From Promethearchaeota archaeon (GTDB taxonomy: Archaea > Asgardarchaeota > Lokiarchaeia > Sigyniarchaeales > SOKP01), in the NCBI GenBank assembly GCA_030603385.1, contig JAUVXW010000006.1:64001-128000 (forward strand): a stretch of DNA of 64,000 nt, read 5' to 3'. Shown here one piece after another: positions 19,181 through 28,486 of the stretch. Below the pieces are notes generated by a model that saw only the letters and a program-made list of their open reading frames with translations, was not told the origin of the DNA and ran no database searches. Each line of letters begins with the position of its first letter. Positions within the stretch are counted from its first letter, which is position 1. The position numbers and the translations under genes were made by a program.

Positions 19181-20431
19181 ATGAATGTTGAAAACGAAGA
19201 GAGGAACGAAGAAGAGAATTTGAAAAAGAAACGACAAAGAGAGAAACCTAGAAGAAAAACTCAAGGCCAAATAGTCCAAGAAGCCTTAGGTTTAAATCCA
19301 ACAGATATCCAAGAGGTTGAGAAAAAACTTTTCATCGTTCGCTTTCTTGATTTCTTTTCTGAAGATACTTTAGAATTTATTTTTAAGGAACGTATCATGG
19401 GGCAAAATCTCGAACGAATGACGTCATATATGAATATACTACAGCTGGAGAGAGAGGAAGAAAAATTATTAAAGCAATCATTTGATTCAAAAAACATAGC
19501 TGGCGTAATAGAAAATGTGAAAAATAAAGCGGAAACATTTGCTGCGAGCAAAGGAATCAAATCTAATGTAAATAAACGTTTACGAAGATTAACTCTATAT
19601 ATTACATTACCATTATTTGCTTTATTAATAGTGTTTACAATCTTCCCCATATTTTCTAGTCTTTACTTTATCTTTTTTCCTATCTTATGTGTTGTATGTT
19701 TAATGCCTCAATTAATAAGAGGGAGTGTAGTGAAAAAATGGTCCCAATTTAAAGAACAAAACAAGAATGATATTTATATAGAAAACAGAGATGACATTAT
19801 GATCTTAAAAAGCTTTACAGGAGAATTATTGAACAATATTAGATCTCGACTTATAGAATTAGAAGTGCCCCTTCAATTAATCAAATTTACACTTTTTAGT
19901 AGAGATTATGAGAATTTGAATTTACTAAACCAGAAAGCAATTCGAGGATTCATGCAATACTTTTATACATTTGAATATCCTTCAGGAATGGAACCATTCC
20001 CTATACCAGAGAATCTACAACAATATCAAGAACCGATAATTCCTGGAAAAAAAGTAGAAAAACCTGAAAAGAATTTCATCGCACTTACAGAAATGAAAGG
20101 GAAAGATGGTGTAATAGATTATTTTGTTCCAACTCTTAAAGATATAGTTGCAGACCAAATTAACACGCTCTTAAATGAGTGTGAATTTACTAAAGCACCT
20201 CATGATTTTAAAACAATCATTCCGAATTATTCAGAAACAATGGCAATTTACTGTATTTGTGGTGAAATTGTTGAAATTGATAATGTCCAAATCTGTAATT
20301 GGAAAAATCAATTTAAATTTTATTTGTTTGAAGCAAAGGAGTGTAATTGTGAAGAATCTGTTTATGCAGTTTCATTGATGGATGAATCCGCAGAAGTTCC
20401 AGAAGAATTTAAAGATATTTTCTATAGTTAA
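19181..20431 (+). CDS. Hypothetical membrane protein (2 TM) with C-terminal Cys motifs
   Basis: Long ORF with two adjacent hydrophobic helices and CICG...CNC. Confidence 0.7.
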   Translation: MNVENEERNEEENLKKKRQREKPRRKTQGQIVQEALGLNPTDIQEVEKKLFIVRFLDFFSEDTLEFIFKERIMGQNLERMTSYMNILQLEREEEKLLKQSFDSKNIAGVIENVKNKAETFAASKGIKSNVNKRLRRLTLYITLPLFALLIVFTIFPIFSSLYFIFFPILCVVCLMPQLIRGSVVKKWSQFKEQNKNDIYIENRDDIMILKSFTGELLNNIRSRLIELEVPLQLIKFTLFSRDYENLNLLNQKAIRGFMQYFYTFEYPSGMEPFPIPENLQQYQEPIIPGKKVEKPEKNFIALTEMKGKDGVIDYFVPTLKDIVADQINTLLNECEFTKAPHDFKTIIPNYSETMAIYCICGEIVEIDNVQICNWKNQFKFYLFEAKECNCEESVYAVSLMDESAEVPEEFKDIFYS

Positions 20432-20435
20432 ATTT

Positions 20436-21785
20436 TTATTTCCTTTTTATTTTTGAATGCCATTCATAAAGTAATTTAAATCCTCTTACTGCTCGTTCAA
20501 CCTCGTTTTCAAATACGGGTATTTTTAATTCAGAAGCGGTTTTAATAACTCTTTTTACTCCTTCATGCTCTGCTTGTATTAAGATCGTAATTATTGGTTT
20601 ATCTGGGTATGATTTTTTTATATTATCAAAAATGTTAAAATCAAACTCTATTTCAGTAAAGAATTCTAAAGCTAGGATTAAACCATCAACAGCATCATCA
20701 TTTAATAAAGTTTTAGAAGAAGTATTATAAATTTCGCATATCTTAGTACCCACAAATCTTTCAGGAGGCCAATAATCAACGGGATTCCCTAAATCACAGG
20801 TAGAACCTTGAACCTTCTCAAGAATAATATTTTTGTGATCGTTAGTTAATTTCGCTAAAGATAATCCCTGTTTTCGCATTTCTTTAATAATAAGATATAT
20901 TGCACCTGAACTTGGCCCTATAATGCCTAAATCTGGACTTTTAGGTTCCGGACACCATAGAAAAATCTTTGCAAATTCAAACAATTCAATATAATTAGTA
21001 ACTGCAATTCCGCCCGCACTTATTAATTCCTCTTCCTTTTGTTCCTCTTTTCCAACGTAAAAGAATAATACTGGTTTAATGGATGCTAGTTCTTTCACAG
21101 ATTTAATTATTCTATCTGTAATTTCTCTAAGAAAAATAGAAATAACCTTAGTGGTGTTATCTTCTTTAAAATAATCCAACACATCAGCATCATCAATATC
21201 AAATCCATACCCTAGATGAATCACTTTAGAAATAGGTAAGTCTTGTGAAGGGTTCCACCACCCCATTGCGCCAGCTAATCCTCCAGATTGTGCTATAAAA
21301 CTTACACCTTCTTTTACATTTCGATGTTTTTGCATAAGGTATTGTCTTACTGGGATGATTGAAGTAGTAAAATTATTTATAAAATTAATAATACCAAGCA
21401 TAGAGGGTCCCATGTATGAAACAGCATACTTCTTACTAATTAAGTTCAATTTTTCTATCAAATCTGGATCAGTGGTATCTATTCTTAATTCAGATTCAAT
21501 TGCAATATTTTTAATCCCAAATTTTGCTAACTTTTCAAATATATGAGGTATATTTTTACCAAGAACGATAACAGCTAATTCTGGGATCTCTGGTAACTCT
21601 TCTATTGAGTGATACGACTTAATACCTAATATTTCATCAGCATTAGGATTTAGAATGTACACTTTTCCTCTGTAAAATATCTCTAAGAGGTTTTTTAGGA
21701 TGGTATAACTAAAAGTATAGGCTTTTCTTGAAGCACCAACTATTAAAATACTGTTAGGATTAAAGAAGGGCTCGAGATTTTTCAA
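20436..21785 (-). CDS. Acyl-CoA synthetase (NDP-forming) alpha-subunit-like protein, apparently lacking the phospho-His loop
   Basis: FFNPNSILIVGAS CoA-binding domain, MGPSMLG, IAQSGG and GNPVD. No SHT motif. Confidence 0.8.
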   Translation of the reverse strand: MKNLEPFFNPNSILIVGASRKAYTFSYTILKNLLEIFYRGKVYILNPNADEILGIKSYHSIEELPEIPELAVIVLGKNIPHIFEKLAKFGIKNIAIESELRIDTTDPDLIEKLNLISKKYAVSYMGPSMLGIINFINNFTTSIIPVRQYLMQKHRNVKEGVSFIAQSGGLAGAMGWWNPSQDLPISKVIHLGYGFDIDDADVLDYFKEDNTTKVISIFLREITDRIIKSVKELASIKPVLFFYVGKEEQKEEELISAGGIAVTNYIELFEFAKIFLWCPEPKSPDLGIIGPSSGAIYLIIKEMRKQGLSLAKLTNDHKNIILEKVQGSTCDLGNPVDYWPPERFVGTKICEIYNTSSKTLLNDDAVDGLILALEFFTEIEFDFNIFDNIKKSYPDKPIITILIQAEHEGVKRVIKTASELKIPVFENEVERAVRGFKLLYEWHSKIKRK

Positions 21786-21986
21786 GTTTAATATTCAAAT
21801 GGTTTTAATATTTATTAATTTTAAGAATATACACAATTTATTATAGTTTATAATTCAACTAAGTCAATTTTAGCATTTAAAAAATATTAAAATAAATTAA
21901 AAGGCTATTAATAAATTAATTTCCTATTCAAAATATTGCTCTAGGGTTTTAGGATTAATAATTTTAATGCAAGTAAAAAAAAGGTT

Positions 21987-22619
21987 TTAAGTAGTTGCAA
22001 ATTCCATTTCATAAAAAGGTATTTCTCTTCTTTTCTTAGCATCATATAAAGGTAAGCCTGATCGTTTCAAAAGTTCAGGAGTTTTATAGTTTAGAATAAC
22101 AGTTTGACAGGGACTCGATATTTTCATAGAAGCAACGCGGAGGCGATCTCTTACTAATGGAAGATTTCTTATATGAGTTCCGACATCAACAATAACTTGT
22201 CCTGCTCTAACTCGGGCAGCCACGCCCATTGATCGACCAAAGGAATTTCTCATGCCTGATTGCACTCTATCTGCACCTGCAAAAGCTAACATACGATTCT
22301 CTCGAATTTTTTGAAAAGGCTTGGGTCTTATTCGTAATCGATAGTTTTGTCTTCCTAATTTACGTTGAAGAACCCCGTTTATCGTAATCCTAATTGCTTC
22401 AAGTGAATTAGAGGAGATTTGAATCTGTCTGTTAACCTTAAGACCCACTACTAAATCAAAAGATTCCCACGGCATTTCTTTATTCCCACCCCAGAAGCGT
22501 ACAATCTTAGACTGAGCGCCTCCACGAGCATATTCCCTACGATGATTTGCAGATCTCTTATGCTGGTATGGTCTCCTCGACCATTTACTATAACAATGCC
22601 AAGGGCGTCTTGAAGCCAT
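21987..22619 (-). CDS. rpl10e: 50S ribosomal protein L10e (uL16)
   Basis: IRENRMLAFAGADRVQSGMRNSFG; ATG preceded by GGTGA. Confidence 0.95.
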   Translation of the reverse strand: MASRRPWHCYSKWSRRPYQHKRSANHRREYARGGAQSKIVRFWGGNKEMPWESFDLVVGLKVNRQIQISSNSLEAIRITINGVLQRKLGRQNYRLRIRPKPFQKIRENRMLAFAGADRVQSGMRNSFGRSMGVAARVRAGQVIVDVGTHIRNLPLVRDRLRVASMKISSPCQTVILNYKTPELLKRSGLPLYDAKKRREIPFYEMEFATT

Positions 22620-22892
22620 CCCAATCACCTTTTTGAAGAGTTTCCTTTATCTTTATCAGAAATTGGTTAATCTGATTAAAATTAGTTTTTTTAGTTATTT
22701 ATTAATAATAATTTAAATCTAATAAGTTTTTTGAAAGTTACAGTAGAAGTTAATGAATTTATAAAATCAGAAGAGAAAATTTAGATATACTTATAATTGA
22801 TTAACAAATTATATAAAAATCTTGTTAGATACTAAGAATTTGTGAGTTAAAATTTGATTTTCAGATATTTCTAATTGTTTCTTAAAAGTATC

Positions 22893-24035
22893 ATGATTGA
22901 TATAAACACCGCATTAACACTAAAAACAGAATTACTTTGTAAAGGTTTATATCTGGATGAGGGATTAATCGAACATTATAAAGCTCAAGGAATAAATATC
23001 GATTATGGTAGAAAAGGAGGAGCTGGTCCCTCTGGAGGGAGATATTTTTTACTAGAAGATGGAATTACTTTAACAAATGTTGTTCTATGGGATGATCCTA
23101 AAAGAACAGATTTGTTCTTAAAAGAGAATAAAGAAGGCTACTTCCAGGTCTATAATGAAAAAAGAAATGAATTATTTTCTCGATTGAAACTAATCCGAAA
23201 TCCTCGTTTCTATAGTCCTGAATTTAAAACTTCAGATGGAATACCAATGAAAAAAATTGCTTTAGTTCATGGAATCGATTGTCTCGCAAGCACCATCTAT
23301 CAAAAGTGTGTATATTGGGGATGTGGTGAGGCATGCTCATTCTGTGGCATTGAAGTAAGTTTACAAAATGATTCAACTATAATAGAAAAAAATGCCAAAC
23401 AGATGTCAGAAGTCATAGATGCCGCTAAAAAGGAAGGGAGGTGCAATCATATGACTTTAACGAGTGGGACAGATGAAACAATTGATAAGGGTGCAAATAG
23501 ATATATTGAATTACTAAAAGGAGTTAAAAAAAATCATCCTGATCTCCCATTACATATACAAATTGAAGCATTAGAAGATCTGGAGTACATTAACAAATTA
23601 AAAGAAGCTGGAGCAGATACAATTGGCATCCATATTGAAGTTCTTGAAGAGAAGTTAAGAAGAGACATAACTCCTGGAAAATTTCACCTATCTTATCAAC
23701 TTTTTGAAGAAAATTGGAAACATGCAATTAATGTGTTTGGGGATAATCAAGTTAGCAGCTATGTTTTAACCGGCTTTGGAGAAGAAAAAACTAATTTTCT
23801 TGAAGATGTAGAAAAACTTATTTCAGTTGGAGTAATTCCGTATATAACTCCTGTAAGATCTATTCCTGGAAAACGTAAACTTCCCTTAACTGACTGCAAT
23901 GAGTTGTTGGATATATATCAAAGAAGTGCTGACTTGATGAGGGAGTATGGGGTTAATCCATTAAAAAGTAAGGCTGGATGCGTTAGGTGCAGTGGATGTT
24001 CAGCAATTAATGAAGCGTATAAAGCTGTAGTTTGA
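22893..24035 (+). CDS. Radical SAM protein, MSMEG_0568-like
   Basis: RKGGAGPS, IALVHG.DCLASTI.QKC, extended Cys motif CVYWGCGEACSFC, and C-terminal KAGCVRCSGCS. Confidence 0.8.
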   Translation: MIDINTALTLKTELLCKGLYLDEGLIEHYKAQGINIDYGRKGGAGPSGGRYFLLEDGITLTNVVLWDDPKRTDLFLKENKEGYFQVYNEKRNELFSRLKLIRNPRFYSPEFKTSDGIPMKKIALVHGIDCLASTIYQKCVYWGCGEACSFCGIEVSLQNDSTIIEKNAKQMSEVIDAAKKEGRCNHMTLTSGTDETIDKGANRYIELLKGVKKNHPDLPLHIQIEALEDLEYINKLKEAGADTIGIHIEVLEEKLRRDITPGKFHLSYQLFEENWKHAINVFGDNQVSSYVLTGFGEEKTNFLEDVEKLISVGVIPYITPVRSIPGKRKLPLTDCNELLDIYQRSADLMREYGVNPLKSKAGCVRCSGCSAINEAYKAVV

Positions 24036-24127
24036 ATTAATTCCTTTTAAAAAATTCACTTAAAATTTAAAATCTTTTTTACGTTTTTAATAAATAAATA
24101 AATTAAATTGTAACTAGTAATCTTACG

Positions 24128-25009
24128 ATGTTGTTAAAAGGAAAGAATATTGTTATTACCGGCGCAGGTAGAGGCATTGGGAGAGCCGTAGCAATAGCAT
24201 GTGCTAAAGAGGGAGCAAATGTTGGATTAACTTCAAGAACGATTGAACAGTTAAATGCCGTGAAAGAGGAAATCGAAGGTTTAGGGACTGATGTAAATTG
24301 TATAATAAAGTCCGCAGATATTACAAGATTAACTGAAGTTTTAGAAACTTTTATGACATTTCATGGTGAACTTGGTCAATTAAATGGTGTAATTGCTAAT
24401 GCTGGAGCATCGTGGCGGGCAAGTGTTCATGAAGTACCTCCAGAGAAATTTGAAATGGTTATTAATACTAATATTTTAGGTGTTTTTTACACTTTTAGAG
24501 CCGCATATCCCTATTTAAAAAGAGACGATAAGAATGATAAAGCAAGGTTCATAATAACCGGAAGTGCCGTTTATCCCTCTGTGATGGGGGGATTTTCCTC
24601 ATATACAGCGTCGAAATATGGGGTCGTAGGATTGCAAAGGGAGTTAGCAACGGAGTATAAAAAAGAAAATATACTTGTAAATATGATACTTCCTATGCAG
24701 GTAGATACAAAACTGTTGAGAGGGAGACGAGCTGGTGATGGGAATAAACCATCAGGTGTACTGAATCCTGAAGATTTGAATGACTATTACTTGTTTGTTC
24801 TATCTTATGAGGCAAATAGAGTAAATGATGAGTTAATCTATCCCAGCAATTTCGAAGCCATGAAAATGATAATAAAGGAAGCACCTGAAGAAAAAAAAGA
24901 AGATTGGGATACATTTAAGGTATTTTTAGAAGAGAAATCTCCAAACTTGTATAACAACGTTAAGAAATATGGAAAGTTAGGTGAATTTATTTTAAATCGT
25001 TCAAAATAA
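24128..25009 (+). CDS. Short-chain dehydrogenase/reductase
   Basis: TGAGRGIG, ANAG and YTASK. Confidence 0.9.
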   Translation: MLLKGKNIVITGAGRGIGRAVAIACAKEGANVGLTSRTIEQLNAVKEEIEGLGTDVNCIIKSADITRLTEVLETFMTFHGELGQLNGVIANAGASWRASVHEVPPEKFEMVINTNILGVFYTFRAAYPYLKRDDKNDKARFIITGSAVYPSVMGGFSSYTASKYGVVGLQRELATEYKKENILVNMILPMQVDTKLLRGRRAGDGNKPSGVLNPEDLNDYYLFVLSYEANRVNDELIYPSNFEAMKMIIKEAPEEKKEDWDTFKVFLEEKSPNLYNNVKKYGKLGEFILNRSK

Positions 25010-25038
25010 TTTTCTTAGAAATAATAAAATAAAAATGA

Positions 25039-26343
25039 TTACGTAAAGGGATTTTTATCCTTAAGTATTTTCTGTTGATACTCCATTAAAGGGGGTGGGC
25101 ATAACCCTATTTTAGTTGCTTCTTTCTTAATAGATTTCATAATTTCACCTAAATTTACAGATACAGGACACCAATGGCGGCAATTCTCACAACCAGTACA
25201 CAAGAACAGACCATCTTTTACCGCAGCTTCAATCCCATTGTGAATGTAATCTCGGATAATGCCCTCAGCCCCTAATCCATATTTTGAAGCAAATATATTG
25301 CCAAATGCCCGTGAAGCAGTACATGCATAATTACAAGTTCTACAACCTACACATTTCAGAAAATCTTTATAGATTTTATCTTTCTTCAATGCATTTGTAC
25401 GCCAATCATCCACAAGAATTACAACAACCTCTTTAGCACCATACATCCCAAGGACTCTTTCACCTTGAACATCAGAAGTATTTGAGGGTCCCGCAATAAG
25501 GCTAATATAACTAAATGACACATTATTTATTCTTGTTTGTAGCTTTGCTACAAGTACAGCATCTAAAATAGTGGGTACGATTTTAGTAATTCCACATACG
25601 ACAATGTGCTTTTCAGTTGCTCGCGTTAACAGACTTATATTTCCCTCATTCTCACCAAGTATAATTGTACCATCTTCAGCAGAAATCACATTAGCAGAAG
25701 TTAATGATACTTTTACATCATTAAGTAGTTCTTTACGATAAGTTTCTCGATAATATTTGACAATTGCGCTAGCTTTTGGTTCTAGTTCTACTCCATGAAC
25801 CTCTTTTATTTTTGCAACGATTTCTTCCCTAGTAAAATGAGCACCGGGGCCTATTCCAAAACTAGGTAATTTATAATCAAATAATTGAACAAGAACATCC
25901 CCTAGATCCGTTTCTTTAATCTCAATGTTATTATTTTTTAAAACGTCGATAATTCCAATATCTTTTGCTTCATTTGACTTAGATTTATAGATTACCTTAG
26001 CCTCTCCAATTTCCTTCATAAAAATATCTTGGGCTTCTTCATTAGTTTTTGCCAAATATACTGTCATATTATTTGCTTCGCGCATTACTTTTATACATTT
26101 TTCCACGTAATAATCCATGTTCTGAACGAATTCCTCTTTCATTGCAATAAGTTGATCTCTATACTTTTCAACAAATTCGCGACTACTATCTTCATAAAGG
26201 TATCTTAGATCATGTTGTCGGAATTTTATATTAGATGCAAATTTCCAAAACATTCCGAATTTATTTTCTAGCGTTCCCTCTTTTTGTACAGTATCGATCT
26301 TACTCTTAATTTTTTCATAAAATTCTTTTCCTTTATCACTCAC
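25039..26343 (-). CDS. LUD-domain Fe-S protein (LutB/LldF-like)
   Basis: KSKSN, ETDLG, ENEGNI, IAGPSNTSD and two 4Fe-4S motifs. Confidence 0.85.
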   Translation of the reverse strand: MSDKGKEFYEKIKSKIDTVQKEGTLENKFGMFWKFASNIKFRQHDLRYLYEDSSREFVEKYRDQLIAMKEEFVQNMDYYVEKCIKVMREANNMTVYLAKTNEEAQDIFMKEIGEAKVIYKSKSNEAKDIGIIDVLKNNNIEIKETDLGDVLVQLFDYKLPSFGIGPGAHFTREEIVAKIKEVHGVELEPKASAIVKYYRETYRKELLNDVKVSLTSANVISAEDGTIILGENEGNISLLTRATEKHIVVCGITKIVPTILDAVLVAKLQTRINNVSFSYISLIAGPSNTSDVQGERVLGMYGAKEVVVILVDDWRTNALKKDKIYKDFLKCVGCRTCNYACTASRAFGNIFASKYGLGAEGIIRDYIHNGIEAAVKDGLFLCTGCENCRHWCPVSVNLGEIMKSIKKEATKIGLCPPPLMEYQQKILKDKNPFT

Positions 26344-27076
26344 TTATCGGTTCAACTCCCTCCATTAATTTAGCAATAAAATCCTCAAATTTGATAACGG
26401 GTTTCCTAATATTATTATCCTCTCTAATTCTATTCAATGCTGTATAACAAAAAGGACAAGCTGTTAATAGAGCTTTACCCTTTTTCATATTTTCAAAAAT
26501 TGTCTTTGCATTATAATCGCTATTTTCCTTGAATATTGAATAAACGCCTCCTCCCGCACCACAACATATACTTTTGGTTTTATTATAATCTGATTCTATT
26601 AATTCAATGTTTTCAATTGAATTTAAGATTATTCTTGGCTCTTCAATTATTGGAACAGATGAATTTCTTAGGTGACATGCGTCATGATAATTTACTTTTA
26701 GACTCTTTCCCGAGTATTTTAAATTTAATTTATGTAAATTTTGAGGTTCCGCTAAAAATTGGAGGAAATGCTGTATTTTGACCGTAAATTCAGAACCTAA
26801 AAACTCTTTATAATAACGAGTAAAATAGGAATAACATCCTGCACAAATTGTTACAAGCTCAGTGATATTATTTGTTTTAAACCAATTGTTCACGAATTCA
26901 ACATGTTTTTTCATAATTTCATCTGAAGTCATGTTATATGCTAAAGAACCACAACAAGGAGGATTTTCTATTACTTGATACTCACGATCTAAGAACTGGA
27001 TTATTTTGATTGCATTTTTACAAGTAGAATCATAGAACCGAGTGCTTAAACATCCAAGATAGATAAGTTTACTCAT
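26336..27076 (-). CDS. CCG-domain Fe-S protein (LutA/HdrB-like)
   Basis: Two CCG motifs, CAGC, YHDACHL and TACPFC. Confidence 0.85.
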   Translation of the reverse strand: MSKLIYLGCLSTRFYDSTCKNAIKIIQFLDREYQVIENPPCCGSLAYNMTSDEIMKKHVEFVNNWFKTNNITELVTICAGCYSYFTRYYKEFLGSEFTVKIQHFLQFLAEPQNLHKLNLKYSGKSLKVNYHDACHLRNSSVPIIEEPRIILNSIENIELIESDYNKTKSICCGAGGGVYSIFKENSDYNAKTIFENMKKGKALLTACPFCYTALNRIREDNNIRKPVIKFEDFIAKLMEGVEPISE

Positions 27077-27212
27077 GATTAATTATGATTTTTAATATTT
27101 ATTAATCTTAAATTAGATTGAATAAAATTAAAACCAAATTCTTTTATGAGTCAATAATGATTTTTATAAAGAATCTAGCATTTATCAGAAACAAAAGTTA
27201 CATTAGCTAAAG

Positions 27213-28340
27213 ATGGTTATAGTGTCAAAAACTAAATATTATAAAGATCTCATTGAACGTTTTAATAATTGGATCTTTCGTTTACCCGATTCCAAACAAC
27301 TTATGCCTCTTCTTAAAATAGCGTTTACACCCGAAGAAGCTCAGTTCCTTGCGAAGATTCCTTTTATAGGACATACTGCAGAGCAACTTTCCGAGAAGAT
27401 AGCTATGCCTGTAAAAGAACTTACAGAAAAATTAGAGAGTTTTGCTAGAAAAGGTATTGTCTTTCGCTATGATGATGGATCTACTATTCGTTATTCACTT
27501 TGTGATTCAAATTTTATATTTTATAGATCTATTGGCTGGAAAGGGGAAGATAATAAATTTAATCGAAAGATCTCACCCTACCTAAATCAATATTATATTG
27601 ATGCTTTTGCTATAGAGTTTTTAGACCACCCCACTCAGGGACTCCGAGCAATTCCAATAAATGAAACTATTAAAGATACACGTCAAGTTGTACCATATGA
27701 GGATATCATAAAAGTTGTTGATAATTTCAAATACTATTCTGTATCAAAATGTCCATGCAGTCATAGACATAATCTTGATTCTGATTTTGAAGTATGTGAA
27801 CATGAATTAGAACGGTGCTTACATTTTGATACCCTTGGTAAATATTGCGTAGAAAATGGATTAGGCAGAGAAATTACAAAAGAAGAAACTCTAGAAATAC
27901 TGAAACGAGCTGCTGATGCTGGGTTGGTCCATGGGATTTCAAATACACAGGGTCGAATGGATACTATTTGTAACTGTTGTTCCTGTTGCTGTTTGTACTT
28001 AGAATCAGTAGTAAAGATGCCTGGAATAGTTCCCCGGGGACACCAGCCTTCAAATTATATACGAGAAGCTGATGATGAAAAGTGTACAGGATGTGGTGTT
28101 TGTGTTAGATCGTGTCCGATGAAAGCACTTGAACTTGAAGATAAGAAAGTTATTTTCAATCCAGATAGATGCATAGGCTGTGGTGTATGTGCACATAAAT
28201 GTAAACAAAATGCCAGTTATATGGTACATCGCGATGGAGAACAAGATTTTCCGAAAGATCCTAGAGAACAGGCAATAAGATTTCTCACTGAAAGAGAACT
28301 TGATCCCAACGAAGTTTTTAGAAAGAATTTTTTGGGGTAA
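27213..28340 (+). CDS. 4Fe-4S dicluster domain protein
   Basis: CPC, GLVH, ICNCCSCCC and two C-terminal ferredoxin motifs. Confidence 0.85.
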   Translation: MVIVSKTKYYKDLIERFNNWIFRLPDSKQLMPLLKIAFTPEEAQFLAKIPFIGHTAEQLSEKIAMPVKELTEKLESFARKGIVFRYDDGSTIRYSLCDSNFIFYRSIGWKGEDNKFNRKISPYLNQYYIDAFAIEFLDHPTQGLRAIPINETIKDTRQVVPYEDIIKVVDNFKYYSVSKCPCSHRHNLDSDFEVCEHELERCLHFDTLGKYCVENGLGREITKEETLEILKRAADAGLVHGISNTQGRMDTICNCCSCCCLYLESVVKMPGIVPRGHQPSNYIREADDEKCTGCGVCVRSCPMKALELEDKKVIFNPDRCIGCGVCAHKCKQNASYMVHRDGEQDFPKDPREQAIRFLTERELDPNEVFRKNFLG

Positions 28341-28486
28341 ATTAACTTCCTTTTTATTTCAATGTATTTTATCAATTAGATAATCTTTAAAAAAAATTAA
28401 TATAATTACAAAATCTTATCTATTTGAGATTAATCATTTTTATGTAATTTTATTAAGAATCAAAATACTTCAATAAAACGATTTTT

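Noticed and set aside
28018-28052. GC-rich hairpin in the 4Fe-4S gene checked as a third BHB intron
   Set aside because: There is no exon helix, the bulges do not fit, and the protein shows no frame disruption.
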